This document shows, in pieces, positions 25,994 through 37,705 of a stretch of DNA of 39,857 bases. The DNA is from Octopus bimaculoides (Eukaryota). Position numbers and translations under genes: made by a program. Below the pieces are notes generated by a model, which was not told the origin of the DNA, made no database searches, and saw nothing but the letters and a program-made list of their open reading frames with translations. Where the stretch lies: positions 4,542,299 to 4,582,155 of the forward strand of contig NC_068988.1 in assembly GCF_001194135.2 (NCBI RefSeq), given 5' to 3'. Numbering within the stretch: position 1 is the first letter of the stretch; every line of letters starts with the position of its first letter.

Positions 25994-26924
25994 TATGTCT
26001 CATTGTATATTTCTGAGTAACGGTGGAATGAATTATGGCAAAGATAAAAAAAATGTAACTGTATAATTCATACCTACATTAAAAAGAAAATATTTCTGCT
26101 CAAAAACTATATCATTTTCGAAATACAGTCACATTCTAAGCTATTAATATCTATTCAAAATATAATCGATAGACAAAGAAGAAACAGCCTACAAATATTA
26201 TTAGTTTATTGCAAAACATCTAATGAAAAATAAATACGGCGAACAAAAATATAATTATCAATAATTTCACAGATTTATAGACGTGAAATTTAGGTTAAGT
26301 GAACAAAAGAATTTCGTCTTAAATAGCGGTGAATAATTCAAACAATCTGCTATTTATCTTGTCACTACATTTTTTAATGCCATGAAGGCGTCATATATCT
26401 TATTTGGCAATTACATATTCACAGGCGTCTTTAAAATGTTAACCACCGCCATCATCGCTATGAAGGCAGTGAGAGACAACACAGGTATGGTGGCGAACAA
26501 GGCATCTTTTGATATTCAATGCCAGTCATTTAAATTCTAAGTATAATATTTCGCCGTGGTTAACTTTTGCCATTCATATTTCTAGTTGAGATGAAATAAA
26601 AATCTAGTCAAATAGCGTGGAGGATTAAATCGTGTATACTCTTCTCCCAGAACTAGAAGAGTGGTGAATAGTAGAATCGATAAAGAAGTGCATAAAATTT
26701 TCATGGACACACTTGTCTTTAGATGCTGAGTTCAAATTCTATCGGTTTTTATTTATTATTCATCCTTCCAGAGTTGATAAAACAAACCAATCAAATAATA
26801 ATGGCGATTAATTATCGCAGAACTCCCAACTCAGAAGTTGCTATGTATTATTACTTTACCGACCGCAGTTACCCAACAGTAACATTTTAACCTTACTGAT
26901 TCAGCATAATTTGATACACTATAT

Positions 26925-26932
26925 GTACATAC

Positions 26933-26990
<58 letters not shown>
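26925..26990. repeat. (TA)n microsatellite at the left end of the mariner
   Basis: Direct. Confidence 0.93.
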
Positions 26991-26991
<1 letters not shown>

Positions 26992-26993
<2 letters not shown>

Positions 26994-27885
26994 CACAGGA
27001 TGTAGTATCTAAAAATTTCCGGACTAGTTCTGTAACGTGCTAGCAGATGGCAGCACACGATTGCGTGCGCAGTGAGAGTTAGTGACATTTCTGAGGCAGT
27101 GTGCCGAGTGACATCACTATAATCCGCAAGTTGTAAAATTTGTGTTTTTGTCATCACGTGTATTTTGTAGTCTCCATGGACTGGAAGCTGGAACATAGAG
27201 CCAGCGTAAAATTTTAGGCTGAACTTGAGAAATCTGCTACAGAGACAGCGATGATACTTCGGCAAGCTTATGGCGACGAGGCAATGGGTCGTATGCAATA
27301 TTTCGAGTGGCATGGGCGCTTCAAAAGCGGGGGAACGTTCTTGGAAGACTATGAGCAATCTAGAAGACCTGTCACGAATGTCACCCTCGGAAATGTGTTA
27401 TTATGCATCGGGAATTCGTACCTCATGGCCAGACCGTCAATGGAGAGTTCTGTTGCGACGTTTTGAAGCGTTTGAGGGAAGGCATTGAGAGAAAGTGACC
27501 CGGATCTCTGGAGGGTGGCGAATTGGATTCTTCGTGATGACAATGCACCCTGTAAGCGATATCTCCTCACTCGCGAGTTTCTCGCCAAAAAACATGGTAA
27601 TGTCCCTGCACCCGAGCTATTCGCCAGACGTAGTACCTGCAGACTTCCATTCTTCCCCAAGATGAAAATACAACTTAAAGGTCGCCGTTTTAACACCGTT
27701 GTCGAGAAGAGCGAATCGCAGAATGTTCTCCACTCGCTGACAGAAAACGACTTCCAGGCCGGGTCCCAAGAGTTGCAAGAACGCTGGGACCGGTGTATTG
27801 CTACGCAAGGTGACTATTTCGAAGGTAAATATAATATTTTTTATCAAACATAACTAATCCGGGTGCTTTTTCAAACTGCTTCGTG
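26992..27885 (+). mobile_element. Mariner (Tc1/mariner) transposon, internally deleted, with degenerate TIRs
   Basis: Left end tatctaaaaatttccggact and right end aatccgggtgctttttcaaactgcttcgtg are degenerate mariner TIRs; transposase remnants inside. Confidence 0.9.
27176..27853 (+). pseudogene. Mariner transposase pseudogene
   Basis: MDWKLEHRASVKF*...LRQAYGDEAMGR..FEWHGRFKSG (HTH); HREFVPHGQTVN; WILRDDNAP (second D); HPSYSPDVVPADF (YSPDLAPSD-like); KGRRF; RWDRCIATQGDYFE; stops and frameshifts. Confidence 0.9.
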
Positions 27886-28550
27886 TGCACAGAACTTAGG
27901 ACGTTGCCTATTACTAGAGGCGCAGCGGCATCTTTATTGCATGTATGGTAATACGCAACAATTTTAACTGTCTTTTATTAAATATATTTTTATTGTTTAC
28001 AATTTACATACATAGGTCAAATACATTTGCTTTTGCTTATATATTCATATGCTCAAATCCTTTATTGTTGTTGAAACTGTTTTATTGTTTTTTAGTGTTG
28101 TTGTGATTAAGCAATGTAAATTAATGATCAAATTTTATCAAATTAATATTTGAATGGTAGACAAACTGAAAAAAAAATCTGTACACATGCATTTATCATT
28201 TCTAACTCTTTTCTCTCTCTCTCTCTCTCCCTCTCTCTCTCTCTCCCACTGTCTCCCACTCCCGAACTCATTTTGCGCCGTTCTGAGTGGGCGGCGTCGC
28301 TCACGTTGAAAAGCACTGCCTTAAGTCAATGTTAAACAAATTTATAGTTAGCTTTCTCTGCTGGTAGATATAGTTTTGTATTTTTCAAACATCTATTTCT
28401 GTGTGCTTCTTCTGTGTACATGAATAGGACAGTGGAGTGGACACTTTTCTATAGAAATGCACTGTTCAACGGTAAAGTGCTGTACTAATTATAGGATGCA
28501 AATTGTCCAGCAACATGATTCTTTGAATACAAATAGTAAATTATGGTCAG

Positions 28551-29577
28551 TGACGAACAGTGACCACACCTGGTCCTCGTCTCGGAAGCACTGGTGATAT
28601 CGTAGCCTCTGCGCATCAGCAGCCACAGCATACCGAGTCCCCCATTCTGCTGACCAGTGGAACGCGTCTCTTCCAAAGAAAGCTAAAGAGTACGCGCTCA
28701 AGTTTGTTCAGACGTAAAATCGAGCAAGGAAAGACGGTCAGGTGGTAATATACGACGGAGGCGATGTAAGTATTCGTCATCTCTACCCGAACTCTGAGGG
28801 ATAGCCTTCTCTCAACCCCTTTCTGGGGTAATTTGGCCACCCCACTCGTTACCTTGTCCCAGCTCTTTTCCATCTAGAGATGTGAACCAAAATAGACCCC
28901 GAGCAATTTAACTGGTCACTCCGTCCAGCGTCCCACGATGTAATTGCCCTGCATGGACGTGCCTTTCCAAATGCCGAGTTGCAGGCCCACTGACAGTTAA
29001 TTTTTTCTCCTGCCACCGCCTCGTATGCCGACACGGTTTTCCCATGCCCTAGTTCGTGCGGGATGCCTCACGATCCCTCAAATTTTCTCAGTAGTGATCC
29101 TAGATCCAGAACACACCAAAGAGACGGGAACGGACACGCTTGGGGAACTGAATGCATTATTCTGAATGGTTCCGAGAGGTAACAATCCACCCGATCAACC
29201 GAGCAGATGTCGCTGTAGAGTGTAGTGATTCCGCCACGGAAAACGGGACCGAAACCAGCCGTCGTGAGAACGACCACCAAGTATTGATGTCGACCCTATC
29301 GAAGGCTTTCGACTGATCCAAATTAATCATGGGCCCTACCCATGCCAGTTTGTTTATTCACCTTGTGTGTGATGCATCGCATGAAGTGAAGGTTGTGGAT
29401 TGATCTGCTTGGCATTATGCACATTTGCCCATCATCAATCAGTTACTCTACGACAAGCGCCACCTCAGCCAAAATTTTGAAATCTGTGATCAGCAGCGTA
29501 TGGGCCTAAACATTTATGTTTGATGTCTCTTGTTTGGGTCCTGCTTCTTTCAGCAGTGCCACCGCTCCTCGACAAAT
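28551..29577 (-). mobile_element. L1-clade (Tx1-like) LINE ORF2 remnant (RT and downstream region)
   Basis: Minus strand: RPITLL.TDFKILA, INLDQSKAFDRVD, GFGPVFRG..., SV.QACPFPSL (QGCPLSP-like), YEAVAGEKIN, LSLRVRVEMTNTYIASVVYY, KLERVLFSFLW, GGLGM, QVWSLFV. Confidence 0.88.
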
Positions 29578-30779
29578 ACAATCTAAATAATATATTATAG
29601 AAACAAAAGTTTTATTGCAAGAAAAAAATTGTTCGTCTTTGCATTATATTTAAAAACATCGATAACAATAGTATCAATTGCTGCCATCTCAAAGACTGAA
29701 GGACAGAAATCTTGATAGGAGATCATAACCTAAGAAGGATATTTTCGTTACACAAAGACTTGAGTATCATATTTATCATGGCTGACAAACTATCAACAAT
29801 AGATACTTCTCACTTACTTATTAGAAACTTCGTCAATGTACGTGATGCCGACACAAACCAGAAAGTTTAGAAAGAAAACTTTATATCTATTGACAGTTTC
29901 CAAGATTTCCTAATATATTCTTTGGTCAGAAGTCGTATTTTGTGAAGAAAGGAGAAAATATCACGCCTCTTAAATGCAGATGCAATGTGTGCTTGCCGTT
30001 GTGTAATATTTCAACAGTCATGAAACTGTGTCCTATTATCACGTTATATATGGAAGGAGAAGCACTTATCGGAGAGAGCTAAGAGAAGTTAGCGCCGACC
30101 GTGTGAAGGTGAAGCCTTTACAAAATACTTAAACATTCCGAAAGTGAACATTTTATGATGGGTTCTCACACACACACACACACACACACACATTATATAC
30201 AGTATATTTGGCTTTACTAATATGAATGTGTCTGAGTGTGTGCGAAATGCCTATTGAGGCAGAAATACGTGTCCTCTTATCTTCAGACAGACTTTTCTTT
30301 CTTTCTTTCTTTCTTATTTATTTTGGGAAGTTAAAATGTCGCTAAATTTGACGGGCGAACTGTCCTCATGTATGAATGTGAGGACTGTGGTGGTATGTTG
30401 GACTGATCCCTGTAAGGGAGAAGCTATTAAAAAGCCTATCAACCCCTCTATCTTCTCTGCCCCTTATAATCACACATCGAAACCAACAGCGTGTTCCTTC
30501 CACTACATGCAAACTTGTCTTTCTCATATTCTTCTCTTCCATATCACCAAATTTATTACCCAAACGCTTCTTACCTCTGCGATCCATTTCACAAACCTGA
30601 CACCCCAAGACGTCACAGAATCTCCACTAATACAGATACATGCATCCGCAGTCACACACACATTCGCATACACACACACACACACACTCACAAGCGCAGA
30701 CGAGCATGGACATACAAGACTACTTGTTAACTCACATACATGCATAGATACACTAAATGTTACCACAACTCATCTCGTA

Positions 30780-32995
30780 AAAGATTGATGAACAAATAAC
30801 TGGTTTCGCAATTAGTCAGCGAGCTCAATCAAATTTCTCCATTGGCGATAAAATAAGTACAAGTTCAAAAACATAATCTGAGTCTCATCCTTAAAGTCAA
30901 TACATCGTTGATTCTTCGAAAACTGCGGGAATCGCCTCGAGAAACCATGCATAGTGTTACAAAGATAGAAAACAACTGCAAATGAAAATTCTTAAGCACA
31001 GGAGGTAGCTTTGCTAAATACATATGTTGTCACATTGTAAAGGGGGCTTCGCCAGTAGTTAATATCAGCATGCTAAAAATAATTGGCAATTACTGCTATA
31101 GTATTACGATAAGTGAGTAATTACTGGTGTTGTCAATAGTCGGAAACGGAAGTAAAAATGTGTTGTTAGCTTTAAAATATGCAAGATGTGTCTTTTCCAT
31201 GTTTAATCCTCAAGTTGCGACCGGCTTTTGGACTATTCTCTCAGTGATATATTTCTGTGTCAATACACAGAAATATATCATTAGCAAGCAAAAATTATCG
31301 AGCATTATTGATGGAATTTCTCGATATTTATTTGTTTCTCTTGGCTTCATCAGCAGCACGTATCCACTGGCACACGCAAACTTAAACGAATTTGGTTATA
31401 ACTGCCATAGTAAATGAATGTCTGAAAAATCACGAGTGTCGGCATTAACGCACAAGTTTAATAAAAATACGTTACTAGCGACAGAAACATTATTAGTTAA
31501 AAGAAGATATGTCTGTACCATGCTTAAAGCAGATACATCGTTGAGTCTTATAAACTGCGGTATTCGTTTCCAGAAAATAACTCTTATAGTTGTATAATAT
31601 TAAAAAAAAACAGTTATACATGTAGCAGACGAAAAGCATCTGGCAACTCAAGTTTCACAGCTAAACACGTATATTTGCTTACCTTGTCTTAGTAGCAAGT
31701 ATCCTCTGGTATCTTTGTGATGAGAAAAAAGTAGCTACTACTAATATAATGAAAAAGGGATTTTAAAGAAATGACTCGTGTGGCAATTAATCGGCGAGTT
31801 AAATAAAATTATTAGATGAGGAAAATCGTGCAGCGAAGTTAAGTGCGTTGATAAATACGTATTTCTGTATTGGTGATGGGCTTCCTCAATAGTAATTATT
31901 CCACAGGCATCCGCACGCTAAATCAATTTTTCCCATTGCAAATACAGTAGAACACTGCTTAGAATAAAACTGTGGTTGTAATTAAATGACAAGTGAAATA
32001 AAAAATAAAATCGCTATTAGTAAGATGAACATTATTAGTTCAAGAAACATCTCAATCTGTTGTCCTTAATGTATATGCATCGTTGAAACCTTTATAAACT
32101 GTGATAAATGTCGCGAGAAAGAACTTTTATAGATGAATAGTGTTAAACATGTCAGACATATATTAGCAGCAGGCGAAGATTGTTCAGTAGCGTTAGTAGC
32201 ATTGCTTAATACGTATTTTTGTATCATTGAGCTTCGTCAGTAGCAATTATTTACTGGCATCTGCATACGAAAATGAATTCTGTCATGACTGACAGTTAAA
32301 TAAGCCATATGTATATCATACTTAAAGCAGATATATCGTTGGCAGCTTGATATACTACGGTATCCGTGGCAAGAATACAACTGTTAGAGCCTTGTAGTGC
32401 TTAAGTACAGATGTTTATACCAGAAACAGATGCTAATCATTCAGACATAATGGCTGCATTGCTACATACGTATTTCTCCTTATGGGACTTTGTTAGTAGC
32501 GTCTCCTCTAGTATCCACATACTAAGAAAAACTCTGTCACTATTGATATCATAAGAGAATGGCTGAAATGATATCGCTGTTAGCCGCCAAGGTGAATGAA
32601 ACTTCTATTTTGCTGACTGAAGCAACATTAGTTTCAAAAAGCAATGTGTGTATCGTACTTAAAGCAGATACATCGCTGTAAGTCTGATAAAATTGATATT
32701 TGTTTAGAGAAAATCATCTCTTACTGATGAATAGTTGTAAAACATACATAAAAATTGTACAGCTTAGTTGGTGCCATTACTAAATGCGTATTTCTATTTT
32801 TTGTACTTTATAATGTTTTTCTTCGTGATCAGTAAGTATCCACTAGCAGGCGCGTACTTAAAAGTTCGGTCATAACTGCTACAGTAAAACAGAGGCTGAA
32901 AAAGAATCACTGGTGTGACAATTATTTGGGAAGCGAAATAAATTTTTTTGTTAGCGACAGAAGCAGTACCAGTTCGAATAGTAACGATGTACCTT
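30780..32995. repeat. Old degenerate tandem array, about 7 units of ~320 bp
   Basis: Motif cttaaagcagatacatcgttg recurs at about 30890, (31201), 31523, 32065, 32321, 32658, (32991); motif taaatacgtattt...cttcgtcagtagc...tatccactggca recurs at about 31015, 31325, 31662, 31852, 32206, 32463, 32781. Confidence 0.85.
31245..31280. other. Perfect 16-bp inverted repeat with 4-nt loop
   Basis: tgatatatttctgtgt-caat-acacagaaatatatca. Confidence 0.95.
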
Positions 32996-33110
32996 TGAAA
33001 TACAGGTGCAACTCGCTTTTTCCAGCTGAGTGGACTGGAACACCATAAAATCGAACTCGTGACCTTACGATCGAGTGCCCAATACTGTAACCACTGAGCC
33101 ATGTGCCTTC
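32993..33110 (-). mobile_element. tRNA-derived SINE 5' portion (second octopus-type family)
   Basis: Minus strand: gaaggcacaTGGCTCAGTGGtt (A box)...GAGTTCGATT (B box)...ctccagtccactcagctgg-like body...cctgtatttcaaagg. Confidence 0.75.
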
Positions 33111-33524
33111 ACTACACACACGCACACACACATATAAAGCTGTTCTGCAAAATATTTAATCTGAGAAAAAGACAAGATAACAAAATGTATAGATTTGTTT
33201 CTTAATTTTGTATTTGTTAATCTTTATTTCATTTTGACAAAATGAATAGAATATTCTGTTGTATGGTGTACATTCAATGAAATGCATGCGCGGTATATAT
33301 CAAGAACGTATATAACATGTTTGTAAGGAAAACATTCTCAACAAAAAATATTTCTTGTATTATTGTTATTATTAATAATGTTATTTGTAATATTGTAATT
33401 ATTTCATTTTTATTTTATTTTATTTAACTTTTTCTTTCTTTTTTTGTTTGTTTTAGTTTTCATTTTGAAATCATCCGATCAGTTTTGTGTTTGGCAACAA
33501 TGTATTGATACCATCAATCAGTAG

Positions 33525-33758
33525 ATGTGTCAATGTGGTTCATGTATCGATTTCCTTTCGGACATACCCGGCTTTCACTTGATAAAAACTTTACTAGATA
33601 TCACCCAAGAGGCTTTCTCAGACTCGCTTCGAATCATGATTTTGATGATGAATGAAACAAATGAAGAACTCAAGCAATTAAGAGAGAATCAACCAAAACA
33701 ACGAAACAAATATAACAAGATGTGGTCACTGGAAGAAGAAACTTGCAGTCAGGGGTAA
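33525..33758 (+). CDS. Candidate coding exon of unknown product (coiled-coil-like segment)
   Basis: 77-codon ORF of non-repetitive composition; strong polypyrimidine/AG at 33431-33456; possible donor g|gtaata at 33755; no homology recognised. Confidence 0.25.
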   Translation: MCQCGSCIDFLSDIPGFHLIKTLLDITQEAFSDSLRIMILMMNETNEELKQLRENQPKQRNKYNKMWSLEEETCSQG

Positions 33759-36344
33759 TAAACTTCAGGTTATTTATATGCACACACAAATGCATATAAT
33801 GCATATGTGTATATATATATATATACATGCTTATATCGGTGTATATATATGTATGTATACGTACATGCATGCATACACATATACACATAGATATGAATAT
33901 GTATTCAGTTAGAAAACTTAACAAATAATTAATAATGATAAGGCATATCTGTAATATCAACTTCTATACACAACAGATGTTTAAACACAACAAGCGACAA
34001 TATTCATAGTTTATGCATACTTATATGCATTTGATTGCATCGGATATATATTTATCTGTCAACATTCCACTTATATACTGACGTTCATATCTGCAATATA
34101 TATGTCCAGTATCTAGTTAGGTATGAATATGTAAATATATTCGTATTTTCATGAGCATACAGGAATATATACATGTATAAGCAGATATAAATGCACACAC
34201 ATAGAGGCATGTATACACCCATTTATGCGTTCGTATATGAAAATATATATATATATTAATGTATTTATATATTTAAATATACATCTTTCAATATCTATGC
34301 GCTTCTTCAATATATTTACATATAGTTTACACACACACACACAATCAGCATACGTATATATGTAAATATGTGTATATACACACATAAATTGTACACACAT
34401 TTAAAATTTACATATACACGCACATTCAAATATATATCTTATCACATACATCATAGACATCATTACAAACATGTTATGTAAGTATGTATGTATATACGTA
34501 AATATCTGAGCTATGCATAGTCGCACCGATGCGCGCGCACACACACACACACACACAGACACACACACACATATATACATGTGTGTGTGTAGTTAAGTGT
34601 TATCTATATTGTAATGAATGCTAAAATGAAATTCTAGATTAGCTTTGAACTTGAAATCATCACAAGTTATTACTCTGGTTTTAATGTTGCTGATCTTTGA
34701 ACGAAAAACGGAATTTAATAGTACAATACGAATATGTCAAATCACTTTTTTGGAATTGTTTGACAAAAACACACACTCTTAAATGAGGCTCTGTTGGAGC
34801 CCTGGAAATTCAATATATCGTTAGTTAAACTTAATAACTATTAGCATAAATATAAAAATTTGCAGAAAATATAAATTGCGTCTATAAATAAATACGTTAT
34901 ATTTCTGTATCACCTGATTTACCTCCGTTGGCGACCTTTCAATATCATTCAAATTTTTTTCACTTTCTTTCTCTGCTCTACTGTAACGTATTTATTTAAG
35001 AATTTATTGGTAAATAAAACAATTTAGAAATATTGCGTTCTCTGAAATACAATGTATCCAGTACCGTCATTTATTTCCAAAGGTTTATTTCTATATTTTA
35101 TATTTTCTACATGTTTTAATACTTGTGCAAACAATTATTCGAATTACCCAATCTTTCCACAATTTTACCAATATCATTAAGTGGACAAGCTCCTTAGAAC
35201 TAGTTGAGGATATGCGCTTATTATAAATTCTTCATTATCATCATATTAATCCAAATACTTCATTTTCCGTCGAAGATCAGCACTAAGAAATTCAGAGAAA
35301 TAATCTGAGAAGTTTTATATACACAAGCCTATATGAGTGTGCGTCACTGTGTGTGCATAGATATATATCTGATATATACATACATAATATATATGCATAG
35401 GGATGTGTTTTTGTATATGCATATATATAACTTTTTCTTTTCTTGTTTTTTAATTGAGTATATGTATATATACATACATACATACAGAGAGAGAGAGAGA
35501 GAGACACACATACTGTCTAAAGTGAAATTCTATAAACATGACATACGATTACGTCTATTTTTTGTATTTAGTGAATTTATTCAATTTCCGAACGCAATGA
35601 CGGCTAAAATATTTTGGTATATCACATCGGAAACAAACCTTTATATATATATATATATACACACACACATATGAATATATGTGTGTATATGTACACAAAC
35701 ACATATAGGTGTGTAAGTATATATATATATATATAAACAAACGTCATGCTATAACATCAAATATTGTAGACAGATTTCCTCATATACTGAAGGAGGAGGA
35801 GAAGAAGAACCCATGCAAATATACATTATTCCATTTTTGTGCTATGACTTCCGTTACGTTTCTAAGTATTTGTATATGATTGAATACGCATGTGTGATTG
35901 CGTGGGGGGAAATGTGATGCCATTATATATGTATCCAGAAAAAACTAAATTTAAGGAAATCTTTGGGTAACTATAATTTAGTGATAACAAGAAAAAATAT
36001 GTAGAAATTAATCACTCATAAGGTTATCAAGGGAACAATACAAGTGATAATAATACCTTTCCTTAAGTGAGTTTAACAGGTAAAGTTATGTTCTTATTTA
36101 ACAATTCCTTTTTAACGTGTCTACTATTATTGAAAGTGTTACAAATATTCCAGTAAACGTGACGCTTTACTTTCATGAAAATATTTCGTATTAATTGAAG
36201 AGAGAGAGAGAGAGAGAAATCCGTCAATATTATAAGTTGCTAGCTCGATTCGTTGGGAAGAAAAATCAAATATAACTCAATTTTCATTATCTTTCAGCAA
36301 AATAAAATTTAAAAGATATAAGAAATTATTATTATCGTCTGTCA

Positions 36345-36380
36345 TCATCATCACCATCATCATCACCATCATCATCGCCA
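36345..36380. repeat. (CAT)n-type trinucleotide repeat
   Basis: Direct. Confidence 0.85.
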
Positions 36381-37279
36381 TCAACATTGTCATTTATAAC
36401 ATTCTTGTGAAGCAAATTTCTTCGTTAACGACATACATCATCATCATAACCCTGATCACCACCAATTCTTTAATGTATTAGTTTGTTTGATGTATTTTTA
36501 ATCACACATGGACTGATATAAACGTTTGGCTTTCCTCAATATTTTGTGCGCTCTTGCAACTGATGTCCAACATTGGAAAGTTTTGGAGAGATACATCCAA
36601 CACAAACTCAACGTTGCTCTTCCGTGAACTTTTATTCATGTCACACTTCCTGTTGGTGATGGTGGTCGGGAAAACAAGCTTTGCGGATTTTTTATAATTT
36701 TGTTTTTACAGAACTGGGTGGGATTTACTAGCATTTCGAATAAAATGTAATGGATTTAAAATTAGTACAAATAAACTTGCTGCTTTCGTGACTTTTCATC
36801 AGTCTAATTTTATGTTATTTTAGTTTAATTCGTTTGTTTTGTTTTTTGTATTTTTTTTTTTTAACAGATGATAAATTATTTTAATGAGAAAGTAATAAAT
36901 ATTGGTCTCCTGCTATTTGTGTAGGATGAATGCTACTTACGATGAAGCAATATAAATGTTGGTCTTATAGTGGATTCCATTGAATCTAATCACTCTAAAT
37001 GTGGTCCTTTGGTAGAAAAAGAAAGCATTATTAAACTTGTTAGAAAAAAAAAAAACATTTCATAATATTGTCAAATAATATTCTTTCTTCAATTTGAATA
37101 TGTATATTAATTTCCTTTCTGTCCCAGAGGAAAATATCACAACAATATTGTTGTAATACTTATTTTGATTGTTGTCATATGTTCTTTTACTGTCTATAGG
37201 AAGGCTTGTTGCATAAAAATGTAATTGGTTTTGTTTTAGATTAGATACACTTTTTATTCAGTTTTCCATTATTTCTCAG

Positions 37280-37383
37280 CAGCATAAACCTTTTTCAGTC
37301 ATCTTGGAAGAAGCGCGGGAAGAGAGGAAGCAGAGTTACTCTTTATTGAGGCCAGAGTCACGTGTAGTTTGGATAACAATCTT
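37280..37383 (+). CDS. Candidate internal exon (QHKPFSVILEEAREERKQSYSLLRPESRVVWITI)
   Basis: Acceptor tttccattatttctcag|cag (NAGNAG), open purine-rich frame, possible donor t|gtatgt at 37384; product not recognised. Confidence 0.3.
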
Positions 37384-37530
37384 GTATGTATTCCAAGGCT
37401 ACTTCGTGACAGAATCGAAACTGCTCCTGAAAAAGAAAAAAATATATAATTACATCTGTTGGGAAAGATTTCGTTGACATATTGATTGTTGTAAATTGAA
37501 TTTAATTTACTAAAAAGTGGAGATAAGTAA

Positions 37531-37705
37531 ATCCTTTCTACTGAAAGCACAAGGCCTGAATTTTTTTTGGGGGTGGGGAAACTAACCGATCGCATCGACT
37601 CCAGTGTGTAACTGGTACTCAATTTATCTACCCCGAAAGAATGAAAGGTAAAGACGGACGAATTATCGGTAAGTATTTTGCCGGTGTCCTGACGAGTCTT
37701 CCAGC
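37531..37705 (-). mobile_element. Octopus-type tRNA-derived SINE, internally deleted
   Basis: atcctttctac...cacaaggcctgaa...atcgac.ccagt...aactggtact...ccccgaaag.atgaaagg; same family as 15014-15210 in opposite orientation. Confidence 0.85.

Noticed and set aside
30336-30788. 150-aa ORF
   Set aside because: C/A-skewed low-complexity sequence running through a CA repeat; no domain recognised.
32794-33102. 102-aa ORF with a cadherin-like APVF..Y.VTI start
   Set aside because: Chimeric: the N-terminus through VAPVFQR comes from the SINE, so APVF is not evidence for a cadherin origin of the array.
37299-37622. 107-aa minus-strand ORF
   Set aside because: Starts inside the SINE and runs antisense to the better plus-strand exon candidate.
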